A stretch of DNA of 64,000 nt from an uncultured Bacteroidales bacterium (GTDB lineage: Bacteria > Bacteroidota > Bacteroidia > Bacteroidales > Muribaculaceae). The translations under genes were made by a program, and so were the position numbers. The notes beneath the pieces are model-generated. The model saw only the letters and a list, made by a program, of their open reading frames with translations, had not been told where the DNA came from and made no database searches. The first letter of the stretch is position 1, and every line of letters starts with the position of its first letter. The stretch spans positions 31,736-95,735 of the forward strand of contig CACYVC010000001.1 in NCBI GenBank assembly GCA_902777835.1, given 5' to 3'. Positions 34,461 to 43,474 of the stretch are shown here, piece after piece.

Positions 34461-35057
34461 ATGAGTGATTTTTACAAGACATTGAAGGGCGTTTCGCAGG
34501 GCATCTATAAGGAGAAGATGAGCAAATTTATCGCTATTGCTCAGCCTGCAGCTAATGCCGATGAGGCAAAGGCGCTGATTAAGCAGATTGCCAATAAATA
34601 TCACGATGCGCGTCACTGCTGTTGGGCGTATATGATAGGCACCGACCGTAGTGAGTACCTCTCTAGCGACAACGGTGAGCCTAGCGGCACGGCGGGTAAA
34701 CCCATCTTGGGACAAATCAACTCCTTTGGACTCACTAATGTGGTGATTGCTGTGGTGCGTTATTTTGGAGGCATCAAGCTTGGCACATCTGGACTTATTG
34801 TCGCCTATCGTGAAGCGGCCCGCACTGCTATAGAGGCGGGTGAGATTCTCGAGTGCCACGAACAGGCAACTCTCTCGTTCACATTTCCTTACCTTGCCAT
34901 GAACGACGTGATGAAATTAGTGAAAAACGGGGACCTCAAAGTCCTTGATCAGCAATTTGACAATGTGTGCACCATGACCGTCCAAACTGATGCCGACAAA
35001 ATGCCCTCAATACGTGAGCGCATCACCAAAATTGATGGTACATCCTTTATAGAATAA
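34461..35057 (+). CDS. yigZ: YigZ/IMPACT-family (UPF0029) protein
   Basis: The ATG at 34461 gives MSDFYKTLKGVSQGIYKEKMSKFIAIAQPA...HDARHCCWAYMIG...DNGEPSGTAGKPILGQI. The upstream ATG at 34389 adds a 24-aa non-conserved extension that lies within the repeat. Confidence 0.85.
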   Translation: MSDFYKTLKGVSQGIYKEKMSKFIAIAQPAANADEAKALIKQIANKYHDARHCCWAYMIGTDRSEYLSSDNGEPSGTAGKPILGQINSFGLTNVVIAVVRYFGGIKLGTSGLIVAYREAARTAIEAGEILECHEQATLSFTFPYLAMNDVMKLVKNGDLKVLDQQFDNVCTMTVQTDADKMPSIRERITKIDGTSFIE

Positions 35058-35061
35058 TCCT

Positions 35062-35814
35062 TTAAGACCTTGGCGAGAAGATAAAGCGGCTGCGGACTCT
35101 GGTGAGATCATCGGCATTAATGTCGAGGCGTACGTTCATTGGGTCACTGTCGTCGATGGTGATATGTGCCTCGCTGTCGTAATATGCTTCTTTGACAAAC
35201 GCGATTTCCATACGCTCGATGAAATTCTCGGCATGCCACTGCATCGGGAAAGTATTGACCAAGTGTTCAAGATAGCGTACGGTATTTACATGACCGTTGA
35301 AGTCGATGTCGGTATAGCGGAAGCGAAAGTCCTCGTTGCGTGTGGGTTCAAAAGGCCTGAGGCGACTCTGTGGCTCGATGGGGCAGGGGTGCTGGGTAAC
35401 ATTTGCCGAAATATAGCTTAGCTTGGATATATCCACACTCTCACGTGTGTTTAGGTTAATGACTACCCAAATGGTGCGTGCATAACCTATTACGTTGCCA
35501 TTGTTGTCGCTGATCTCCATGTTGCGCTGAGAGAAGTGGCGGTTGTAGTCTTCAATCCATGTTGTGAGGGAGTACCACTCATCTACGCGCGGATAGCGCT
35601 TCATCTCAATGGTTACGCGTGATAGCACCCATCCTTGACCATCCTCGATGAGGCGGGAATAACCTACTCCCCACGTGTTGGCATGGTTTGTTGCTACTTC
35701 AATAATTCTGTTCATCAGCAGCGTGAGGGGCATCTCGGCCTGTGGGTTACACTCTCCTGCCGAGAGGTAGAACGATTGTTTGTATTCTTTCAGGTTGGGA
35801 TTACTCTCTATCAT
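35062..35814 (-). CDS. Acyl-ACP thioesterase (FatA/B-like double hotdog)
   Basis: 250 aa. GECNPQAEMPLTLLMNRIIEVATNHANTWGVGYSRLIEDGQGWVLSRVTIEMKRYP...DIDFNGHVNTVRYLEH. Confidence 0.85.
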   Translation of the reverse strand: MIESNPNLKEYKQSFYLSAGECNPQAEMPLTLLMNRIIEVATNHANTWGVGYSRLIEDGQGWVLSRVTIEMKRYPRVDEWYSLTTWIEDYNRHFSQRNMEISDNNGNVIGYARTIWVVINLNTRESVDISKLSYISANVTQHPCPIEPQSRLRPFEPTRNEDFRFRYTDIDFNGHVNTVRYLEHLVNTFPMQWHAENFIERMEIAFVKEAYYDSEAHITIDDSDPMNVRLDINADDLTRVRSRFIFSPRS

Positions 35815-36782
35815 TTTATTCCTGTGTGTTTTTTGAGTTCTTTTGTTGTGCTATGTTTCTTGCCGTTGAGGTCATAAATGTATTGATTGGTGTGCTTTGG
35901 GGGCATCTTCTTGGCGTTGTCAAATTTCTCGGGATTAGTGATACGAGTAAATACCACTCGTTGAATCTTAGTTTTGTCGCATCGGCCTATGCCATAGCCC
36001 ATCTCGGCGGGGTTCTCGCCTGGTCCGTTACTGCTCCAGTAGGTGACGTAGCCCTCATTGTCGATACCCATGAAAATTACACTGTGTCCATGTTCCTGCA
36101 GGTCGTCTTTGTTGCCGTTGTCGCCAATGATTGCTCCGCTGTCGTCGTCGCGGTTCCAGAATATCTTCATGAAGTCACCGGGCACAGCCTGTTGCCAGAT
36201 TGGCAGGTTGCGCCACTCATCGTCGGTGAGGTAGCGCTCATCGGGAGTCTCTTTGCATGCCGCTGTCTTTGCGCCGCGATAGGCAGTAAAGTTGTAGCCT
36301 GCCTTTAATTCGTGAATGGTCACAGCTACTGATGGGCCATTGCCGTTCATGCGCCCCCAGAATCCTTCACCGTCGCTCTGGTAGTAGCCTTGTGGATTCA
36401 TGTTATCGACGATGCCCACAAATGGCTTCATCGCTAACCATGCCTCACGTGATATTTTGTGTTCTTTATCCCATATTAGCAAAGCTTTGATTAATGCCAG
36501 GTAGGTTGCACTGGAGCAGAATGATGGTTGTGCCATTTGGAGGTCAAGCACGGGTCTAGAATCGGCGAGTGCCATTTTGTAGGCTTGATGCATTCCTTTC
36601 CATGCTGTTTTTTTGAAGGTGTCGTTAGGCATAGCACCAGTGTAATAACCGCCATTTTGCGGAAATGAATCAACTGCGGCTAGTACGCACTGCTGCCATT
36701 CCTGGTTGATTTTGTTTTCGTCAGCAATCGCAATGGGAGCTATCACTAAGATGATTAAAATTGAAACTATAACGTGTTTCAT
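35811..36782 (-). CDS. Hypothetical exported protein, possibly a papain-fold (NlpC/P60-superfamily-like) Cys/His hydrolase
   Basis: 323 aa with an N-terminal hydrophobic anchor, MKHVIVSILIILVIAPIAIA. The candidate nucleophile is in QPSFCSSATYLALIKAL and the candidate His in PGDFMKIFW...EHGHSVIFMG. This is a motif-level guess only. A 4-nt overlap links it to the thioesterase gene. Confidence 0.55.
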   Translation of the reverse strand: MKHVIVSILIILVIAPIAIADENKINQEWQQCVLAAVDSFPQNGGYYTGAMPNDTFKKTAWKGMHQAYKMALADSRPVLDLQMAQPSFCSSATYLALIKALLIWDKEHKISREAWLAMKPFVGIVDNMNPQGYYQSDGEGFWGRMNGNGPSVAVTIHELKAGYNFTAYRGAKTAACKETPDERYLTDDEWRNLPIWQQAVPGDFMKIFWNRDDDSGAIIGDNGNKDDLQEHGHSVIFMGIDNEGYVTYWSSNGPGENPAEMGYGIGRCDKTKIQRVVFTRITNPEKFDNAKKMPPKHTNQYIYDLNGKKHSTTKELKKHTGIK

Positions 36783-36809
36783 AATTGCTCGTTATTTTGT
36801 TTTGTGCCG

Positions 36810-36817
36810 CAAAATTA
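36810..36817 (-). promoter_or_regulatory. -7 box TAATTTTG for the 35811-36782 / thioesterase operon
   Basis: The + strand caaaatta, 28 nt upstream of the ATG at 36782. Confidence 0.45.
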
Positions 36818-36930
36818 CTCAAAAGATTCAAATATTCAAGTCATATTTCATGAATTTATAGATTACCCTTAATAATACTTTATTTTTATAAATAAATAAG
36901 TATAATAAATATTGTATAAAGAAAAAATAG

Positions 36931-36938
36931 TACCTTTG
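36931..36938 (+). promoter_or_regulatory. -7 box TACCTTTG for the CpsB-like gene
   Basis: Exact match, 43 nt upstream of the ATG at 36981. Confidence 0.45.
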
Positions 36939-36980
36939 TGGTCGTTTTTATAAAATCATCTCAAAACTGTTATAAACACT

Positions 36981-37733
36981 ATGTTCAATATATTCAAAAA
37001 GAAGTCTAAAGAAGCCGCTAAGCTGTTCTATCACACCGATATGCACTGTCACATCCTCCCAGGTGTGGATCATGGTTCGCAGGATGTTGGTCAGTCACTT
37101 GAGATGCTCAAGGCTGAGCTCAATATGGGAATTACACATGTAATATGCACATCGCATGTTACTGCCGAGACTTTCGAGAACACTCCCGAGACATTGAACG
37201 CCGCTTTCGACGTGCTCAAGGCAGCTATAAAGGAAGAGGGTTTGCCCATTGAAATTTATCTCTCGGCAGAGTACCGCATCGACGAGTACTGGACCAAGGA
37301 ATATGAGGCTGGCCACGTGCTTCCCATGCCTGGCAAGCGCATTCTCCTTGAGAACTCCTTTGCCCAGGAACTAATAGGCATTGACGACCTGCTGTTCAAT
37401 CTTCAGATTGAAGGTTATTTCCCCATTATCGCTCATCCCGAGCGTTATCGCTACTATTCCATGAGGAAAGATCGTTTCAAATCGCTTCATAGTGCCAGTG
37501 TTAAGTTCCAAGTCAATATTCTGTCACTAGCCGGTTACTTTGGCAAAAGTACGCGCGAGACCGCTTTGTGGCTCATTCAGAATAACTTGTGTGATATGTT
37601 TGGTAGCGATATGCACAATATGGAGCATGCCGAGATTATCATGGACTATATTAGCTCAAAGGAGTGGCGCAAGTTGTGTGAGAAATATGACTTGCCCCGA
37701 CGCATTATCAACGACCGCGAGTTTGGACTGTAA
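36981..37733 (+). CDS. CpsB/CapC-type PHP-domain protein-tyrosine phosphatase
   Basis: 250 aa. YHTDMHCHILPGVDHGSQD...ICTSHV...IAHPERY...GSDMHN are the metal-binding His/Asp motifs of YwqE/CpsB. Confidence 0.85.
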   Translation: MFNIFKKKSKEAAKLFYHTDMHCHILPGVDHGSQDVGQSLEMLKAELNMGITHVICTSHVTAETFENTPETLNAAFDVLKAAIKEEGLPIEIYLSAEYRIDEYWTKEYEAGHVLPMPGKRILLENSFAQELIGIDDLLFNLQIEGYFPIIAHPERYRYYSMRKDRFKSLHSASVKFQVNILSLAGYFGKSTRETALWLIQNNLCDMFGSDMHNMEHAEIIMDYISSKEWRKLCEKYDLPRRIINDREFGL

Positions 37734-37759
37734 ACACGCCTATTCTTGCTAATCCACTT

Positions 37760-39691
37760 ATGGCTTCACTTAAGATAAAGAGACTTTATTGGTTCATGTT
37801 AAAGACATTCTTGCCTTTATTCATGATGACTTTCTGTATATGTCTTTTTATCGTGATTATGCAGTTCTTGTGGAAATACATCGACGAGCTGGTTGGTAAG
37901 GGGCTGAGTGTAGATTTGATAGGCGAACTTTTCTTCTATGCTGCAGTATCGATGGTGCCACTGGCGTTGCCTCTGTCGATATTGCTGGCGTCTCTCATGA
38001 CATTTGGTAACCTTGGTGAGCATTTCGAGCTCACTGCAATGAAGTCGAGTGGAATATCATTGCTCAAGGTTATGAAACCGCTCACTGTGTTTATTGCCTT
38101 GGTGAGTGTGGGAGCGTTTTTCTTTCAGAACGACGTGTTGCCGCAGTCGCAGGTGAAGATGTGGACTCTGCTCTACTCGATGCGTCAGAAATCACCCACC
38201 CTTGACATCCCTGAGGGTGCAATTTATAGTCAGATTCCAGGCTATAACCTCTATGTTAAGCAGAAGAACCCCGAGACCAATATGCTCTATGGCGTCCTCA
38301 TTTATGATGTGTCAACATCCTCAATTTATCCGCGCATTGTGGTTGCCGATTCAGGCAAGTTGAGTATGGATCCAAGTAAGACCCATTTGGTGCTATCGCT
38401 CAATCACGGTAATTGGTATGAGGATTTGGCGCCCGATGCCACAATGAGCAACGAGCTAGGCAGCGACATGTATCGCCGAGAGGCATTTAAGAGCAAGGAG
38501 ATCATAATTCCATATGATGACAATTTCAATCGTATGGATGACGAAACCATGCGGCAGCAGTATATAGGCAAGAATATAACCGAGCTCAGGCATACTATTG
38601 ACTCGGTGACTGTGAAGGTTGATTCGGTTGGCGATGAGGTGACTCGTGAGCTAAGGTTGACGCCCACCTTGGGAGTGCCTATGTGCCGCCTTGATCAAGA
38701 CCACGATGCTGCCGATCTAACCCCTGTAAAACCTGTTGTGATGACACGTGAGATAGACTTCGACTCGCTCATGGCAGCACAATCATTATATATTCAGCAG
38801 TCGGTGACTGCCCGTGCTATCTCTAACCTGAAGATGAACAAACATAACTATGAGTTCAAGAACTATATGACCGAGGAACACCGCTTCGTCATTAGGCGAC
38901 ATGAGATAGAATTGCAAAAGAAATTCACTCTCTCGTTAGCGTGCCTTATATTTTTCTTCATTGGAGCGCCATTAGGAGCTATAATCCGCAAGGGTGGATT
39001 GGGTACACCCATCGTCATCTCGGTGTTGCTGTTTATCGTCTATTATATTATCGACAATATGGGCTACAAACTGGCTCGAGAAGGTCGCTGGCAAGTGTGG
39101 CAGGGCATTTGGCTCAGCTCAGCTGTGTTGCTGCCATTGGGCATTTTCTTGACTCATAAGGCGGTAAATGACTCGGCAGTATTCAATCCCGACGCTTATC
39201 GCAACTTCTTCCGCCGACTGCTTGGCTTGCACCAGACTCGCCACCTAACCCTCAAGGAGGTCATTATCGAGGAGATGGAGCCAGCAACAGCTCTTGCTAT
39301 GATAGGCTCTCTCAAGGAGCAATGCAACGAGTTCCTTGCTCGCTACAAGTCTCGCCAGAACTATCTTACGTATCTCCAGAATGGATATGATAAGCCTCAA
39401 CTGCGAGCTCTCTCCGACGAGATTGAGAAGGTTGTTGATTATCTCTCCAACTCCCGCGACCAGCAGGTACTCAACAAGGCGATGGATTATCCCATCATCA
39501 GGCAGATGCTCACTTATCATGTCACAAACTACAAGCATGTGGGTACCGCCCTTGCAGTGCTTTTCCCAGTAGGATTGCCACTATACTTGGTGGGTACACA
39601 TCATCAGTCTAATCTCAAGAAAGAGATTGCTACAGCTGTTAAAGTGTGCGACGAGATGACTCAGATTCTCACTCTTTTGGAAAAAAAGTGA
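37760..39691 (+). CDS. LptF/LptG (YjgP/YjgQ) family permease with a long C-terminal cytoplasmic extension
   Basis: 643 aa. The N-terminus is LKTFLPLFMMTFCICLFIVIMQFLWKYIDELVGKGL, followed by a periplasmic beta-jellyroll region and C-terminal TM segments FTLSLACLIFFFIGAPLGAIIRKGGLG. Confidence 0.85.
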   Translation: MASLKIKRLYWFMLKTFLPLFMMTFCICLFIVIMQFLWKYIDELVGKGLSVDLIGELFFYAAVSMVPLALPLSILLASLMTFGNLGEHFELTAMKSSGISLLKVMKPLTVFIALVSVGAFFFQNDVLPQSQVKMWTLLYSMRQKSPTLDIPEGAIYSQIPGYNLYVKQKNPETNMLYGVLIYDVSTSSIYPRIVVADSGKLSMDPSKTHLVLSLNHGNWYEDLAPDATMSNELGSDMYRREAFKSKEIIIPYDDNFNRMDDETMRQQYIGKNITELRHTIDSVTVKVDSVGDEVTRELRLTPTLGVPMCRLDQDHDAADLTPVKPVVMTREIDFDSLMAAQSLYIQQSVTARAISNLKMNKHNYEFKNYMTEEHRFVIRRHEIELQKKFTLSLACLIFFFIGAPLGAIIRKGGLGTPIVISVLLFIVYYIIDNMGYKLAREGRWQVWQGIWLSSAVLLPLGIFLTHKAVNDSAVFNPDAYRNFFRRLLGLHQTRHLTLKEVIIEEMEPATALAMIGSLKEQCNEFLARYKSRQNYLTYLQNGYDKPQLRALSDEIEKVVDYLSNSRDQQVLNKAMDYPIIRQMLTYHVTNYKHVGTALAVLFPVGLPLYLVGTHHQSNLKKEIATAVKVCDEMTQILTLLEKK

Positions 39692-39795
39692 CAAAAATTT
39701 CATTATGTGATAATTAATATGTATTTTTGCATTTTATTTCGGGAAAATAGTGAATAATATTATATAATGAGTATATGTTTTAAATTTATTGAAGT

Positions 39796-41025
39796 ATGAA
39801 AAAGTTTTTATTACTTGCTGTTGCTGCCATGACATTGAGCGCAGCTTCGGCACAGGTTACCGTACAAGGTAGCAAATGGTATGACAACATTTCGGTGACT
39901 TTGAAGGGTGGTATCGTTTCGCCATTCCAGCACTATTCGTTCTGGAAGGCTGCCCGTGGTGTGGGCGGTCTTGAACTGCGCAAGCAGATTACTCCAGTTT
40001 GGGGACTCGGTGTAGAAGGCGAGTGGTCTATCAACACTTCGTCTTGGACTAAGGGTTATGGCGAGCACACTTCGGTATGGGCCCCTCATAGCAAGACTAT
40101 AGTTGACCACCAGTTGGTGGGCGCTTTTGGTACCGTGAGCCTTACTAACCTGCTTCTCGGTTATCCAGGCATGCCACGCACTCTTGACGTGGAGGCAGTG
40201 CTTGGCGCCGGCTGGTGGCACGCCTATAAGACTGGCGAGATTCTTGGCCCCGATGAGGAGCTAAATGATCTTGCCGATAAGAACTCTTGGTACACCAAGG
40301 CTGGTTTGAACCTTAACTGGAATATGGGTGAGTCGAGAGCTTGGACTCTGTCGCTCAAGCCTGCTGTAGTTTGGTATATGGGCCGTGGTGCTTCTCAGCA
40401 AACCAACGTGTTTAACGCCAACACAGCTGCTGTGGAGATTGAGGCTGGTATCACTTACCACTTCAAGAACCACACTGGCGCACACTACATGACTCTTTGC
40501 CCAATGCAATACACCCAGGCCGACCTTGACGCAATCAACGCTCAAGTTAATGACTTGCGTGGCCAACTCAGCAAAGCTAAGGCCGATGCTGACGCTGAAC
40601 GCGCACGTGCAGCCCGCCTGCAGCAAGAGCTCGATGAGTGCAACAAGCGTGAGCCAAAGGTTGTGACTCAAACTAATGTTATCGACAACAGCGTTGAGAA
40701 TCTTGAGACCAACGTTTACTTCGAGATTGGTAAGAGCGTGGTAAGCACCGCTCAGATGCCTAACGTTGAGCGCGTGGCTATCTTCTTGAAGAATCATCCT
40801 GAGGCTACTTGCATCATCAAGGGTTATGCTTCTAAGGACGGACCAGAGGATCTCAACATCCGCTTGGCTAACGCTCGTGCAAAGACCGTTTATGACCTGC
40901 TCACTGGCAAGTACAAAATCAAGGGCAGCCGCATCCATTATGAGGGCAACGGCATCAGCGAGATGTTCAGCGAGCCTGAGTGGAACCGCGTTTCAATCTG
41001 CACTATCCAGAACAAGATTAAATAA
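39796..41025 (+). CDS. OmpA-family outer membrane protein, paralog 2 (barrel, coiled-coil, OmpA_C)
   Basis: 409 aa with signal peptide MKKFLLLAVAAMTLSAASAQ. The linker is LDAINAQVNDLRGQLSKAKADADAERARAARLQQELDEC. The C-terminus is IKGYASKDGPEDLNIRLANARAKTVYDLL. Confidence 0.88.
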   Translation: MKKFLLLAVAAMTLSAASAQVTVQGSKWYDNISVTLKGGIVSPFQHYSFWKAARGVGGLELRKQITPVWGLGVEGEWSINTSSWTKGYGEHTSVWAPHSKTIVDHQLVGAFGTVSLTNLLLGYPGMPRTLDVEAVLGAGWWHAYKTGEILGPDEELNDLADKNSWYTKAGLNLNWNMGESRAWTLSLKPAVVWYMGRGASQQTNVFNANTAAVEIEAGITYHFKNHTGAHYMTLCPMQYTQADLDAINAQVNDLRGQLSKAKADADAERARAARLQQELDECNKREPKVVTQTNVIDNSVENLETNVYFEIGKSVVSTAQMPNVERVAIFLKNHPEATCIIKGYASKDGPEDLNIRLANARAKTVYDLLTGKYKIKGSRIHYEGNGISEMFSEPEWNRVSICTIQNKIK

Positions 41026-41049
41026 TGTTCTGAACCGTAATGAATAGTC

Positions 41050-41078
41050 AAGGAGCCTTGCGCTAAGCAAGGCTCCTT
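41050..41078. terminator. Bidirectional terminator between ompA paralog 2 and hflX
   Basis: AAGGAGCCTTGC-gctaa-GCAAGGCTCCTT followed by GTTGTTTT. Confidence 0.8.
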
Positions 41079-41129
41079 GTTGTTTTATATAATTTATATA
41101 AGCTTTATACTGTCAGAATTTCTTACATA

Positions 41130-42368
41130 TTATCCTTCCAAATCATCATATTTTTGGAAGAGGAAGTCGTTGTAGGGGAATCGCTGAGTGTGTATTAACT
41201 TGGCTTTCTCGTAGAGGAGTTGTTTAAGGGCGTCGATATTGATGAGTTTCTTGGCACTGATGAAGACGCAGTTGTTTCCCATGCGCGACATCCATGTCTC
41301 TTGGAGTTCATCAAGAGGAATGTTCTCCCGCAGTCGTGGTGTGAGGTCATCTTCGTCTTTTTCAACGTAGGAGAACTGGTCAATCTTGTTGAAAACCATA
41401 ATCATCTCCTTGTTGCCAGCGTCACACACATCTTGCAGAGTGCGGTTAACAACCTCAATCTGCTCCTCAAACTGAGGGTGAGAGATGTCAACAACATGAA
41501 TTAACAGGTCACTGTCGCGCACCTCGTCGAGGGTGGTCTTGAACGACTCCACGAGGTGGTGTGGTAGCTTGCGAATAAAACCCACGGTATCGGTAAGAAG
41601 GAATGGGAGGTTTTCGATAACCACTTTGCGGACTGTGGTGTCGAGAGTTGCGAAGAGCTTGTTTTCGGCAAAGACATCGCTCTTGCTGAGCATGTTCATG
41701 ATAGTTGACTTGCCTACATTGGTATATCCCACAAGCGCCACGCGTGTGAGCTTACCGCGGTTTTTGCGTTGTATGGTCTTCTGCTTGTCCCAGTTCTCAA
41801 GTTTTTGCTTGAGTAGAGATATTTTCTGCTTGACGATGCGGCGGTCGGTCTCAATCTGCTCCTCACCAGGACCACGCATACCGATACCGCCTCGCTGTCT
41901 CTCAAGGTGTGTCCACATGCCAGTGAGCCTGGGCAGCAGGTACTGGTATTGTGCCAGCTCTACCTGCATTTTGGCATTTGCCGTCTGTGCTCGCTTGGCG
42001 AATATGTCGAGGATAAGGCTGGTGCGGTCGAGCACTTTCACTCGAAGCACCTTCTCTATGTTCGACACCTGTTTGGGGCTTAGGTCATCATCGAAAATAG
42101 CAAGGCTGATGTCGTTGTTCTCAATATAGGTCGCGATTTCTTCAAGCTTGCCTTTTCCCACGAATGTGGTGCGGTTAGGGGCGTCGCACTTCTGCGTGAA
42201 CTTTTTCACTGTCACAGCGCCGGCTGTCTCGGCGAGGAAGTCAAGCTCATCGAGATATTCTTTAGCTTTGGCCTCGTTTTGCTGCGGAGTAATTAAACCC
42301 ACCAGCACCGCGCGCTCTTCTTCTACGGTGCTTATACTGCTGCGTTTCTGGTCGTCAAGTAGTCCCAT
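41130..42368 (-). CDS. hflX: GTPase HflX
   Basis: 412 aa. HflX N-domain (QVELAQYQYLLPRL...GPGEEQIETDRR) and G-domain (VALVGYTNVGKST, DTVGF, NKID). Confidence 0.93.
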   Translation of the reverse strand: MGLLDDQKRSSISTVEEERAVLVGLITPQQNEAKAKEYLDELDFLAETAGAVTVKKFTQKCDAPNRTTFVGKGKLEEIATYIENNDISLAIFDDDLSPKQVSNIEKVLRVKVLDRTSLILDIFAKRAQTANAKMQVELAQYQYLLPRLTGMWTHLERQRGGIGMRGPGEEQIETDRRIVKQKISLLKQKLENWDKQKTIQRKNRGKLTRVALVGYTNVGKSTIMNMLSKSDVFAENKLFATLDTTVRKVVIENLPFLLTDTVGFIRKLPHHLVESFKTTLDEVRDSDLLIHVVDISHPQFEEQIEVVNRTLQDVCDAGNKEMIMVFNKIDQFSYVEKDEDDLTPRLRENIPLDELQETWMSRMGNNCVFISAKKLINIDALKQLLYEKAKLIHTQRFPYNDFLFQKYDDLEG

Positions 42369-42431
42369 ATGGTTTTATCAATGTATTACGTGTGCAAAGG
42401 TAATAATAAAGTAGGTAATAATCAAGAAAAA

Positions 42432-42462
42432 ATCACCACTGCCGTAGTGGGGCAGTGGTGAT
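42432..42462 (-). terminator. Rho-independent terminator after the OmpH-like gene
   Basis: The minus strand reads ATCACCACTGCC-ccactac-GGCAGTGGTGAT followed by TTTTTTCTTG. Confidence 0.85.
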
Positions 42463-42488
42463 AGACTCACAAAATGAGCTTGATGCTT

Positions 42489-43097
42489 TTATTTTTTAGG
42501 AGCTACTTTAGTGTAGCGCTTGTTGAGTTCGTTAACAACCTCGTTGGTGATGTCGAGATTAGAGTTCATGAAAGAGCCTGGTTGCTTAATCAGAATCATG
42601 TCGTAGTGATTCTTGTTGGCATATTCTCTCAAGAAGTTCTCGACTGAGTCGTTAAGTTGCTTTTGGCTCTGCTGCATTTGGTTCGCACTGCTTTCCTGAA
42701 GCTTAGCGAGCTCGTTCTGCGCATTTTGCTGCATTTGCTGCAGTTTCTGCATGTCGGCATTGTAGGATGTCTCAGTATATTGGTTGTTCTGATACTTCTG
42801 CTTCATGCTGTTTTCAAAGTTGGTGATTTGGTCGCTGAGTCGGCGTCCAGCTTGGTCATACTCGTTCTCGAGTCTTGTCGCCATCTCTTGGAAGTCTTTA
42901 GCAAGGTTGTAGTTCTTTATGATGCTGTCTTCCTCGATATACCTGATAGAGAGTTTTCCGTTAGGGTCAACAGGTACGTCCTTTTTATTCTTAGAAGCGC
43001 TCTTGTCCTGATCTTGATTGTTGTTGCATGCTCCCATAGTGATGATTAAAGCCATTGCGACCATCATCAGTTTAAAAAAAATACTAGATTTGTTCAT
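42489..43097 (-). CDS. OmpH/Skp-family periplasmic chaperone-like lipoprotein
   Basis: 202 aa with lipobox IITMGAC. It has a Gln-rich coiled-coil, QKLQQMQQNAQNELAKLQESSANQMQQSQKQL, typical of Bacteroidota OmpH proteins. Confidence 0.7.
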   Translation of the reverse strand: MNKSSIFFKLMMVAMALIITMGACNNNQDQDKSASKNKKDVPVDPNGKLSIRYIEEDSIIKNYNLAKDFQEMATRLENEYDQAGRRLSDQITNFENSMKQKYQNNQYTETSYNADMQKLQQMQQNAQNELAKLQESSANQMQQSQKQLNDSVENFLREYANKNHYDMILIKQPGSFMNSNLDITNEVVNELNKRYTKVAPKK

Positions 43098-43141
43098 TTC
43101 TTATTGTTACGTTTTATAATTATTATCGATTAAATATAATG

Positions 43142-43312
43142 TCATTTGAAGTACTCGTCTTCACGTACGCATTTGATGCCTCGTTTTCTCATCTCAGGAT
43201 TGCCGTGGATGTGAGAGTTAGGAAATCGGCCTCCCTTGACAAAGAAAACCTTGACTCCCAGCAAAACGACAGCCAAAAACAGCAAAATAAGGGTTAAAAT
43301 GAGTATCTTCAT
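43142..43312 (-). CDS. Small (56 aa) single-pass membrane protein, hypothetical; below the ORF-track cutoff
   Basis: The reverse-complement translation is MKILILTLILLFLAVVLLGVKVFFVKGGRFPNSHIHGNPEMRKRGIKCVREDEYFK. It has an ATG start and a TGA stop, with a -7 box 24 nt upstream. Confidence 0.5.
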   Translation of the reverse strand: MKILILTLILLFLAVVLLGVKVFFVKGGRFPNSHIHGNPEMRKRGIKCVREDEYFK

Positions 43313-43335
43313 GAGTTTTATTTCAAAAATGCGTG

Positions 43336-43343
43336 CAAATTTA
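43336..43343 (-). promoter_or_regulatory. -7 box TAAATTTG for the small ORF / ompH
   Basis: The + strand caaattta, 24 nt upstream of the ATG at 43312. Confidence 0.45.
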
Positions 43344-43474
43344 AAAAAGGTTTCTGATAAATTGTTGATTATTTAAAAAAAAATTGTAATTTAGCGGTGG
43401 CAAAAAGGCCGATTTAACAATTATTTTGGAACAACTATTTTAACTAATAATTTTTATTAATAAATTAACTTACT

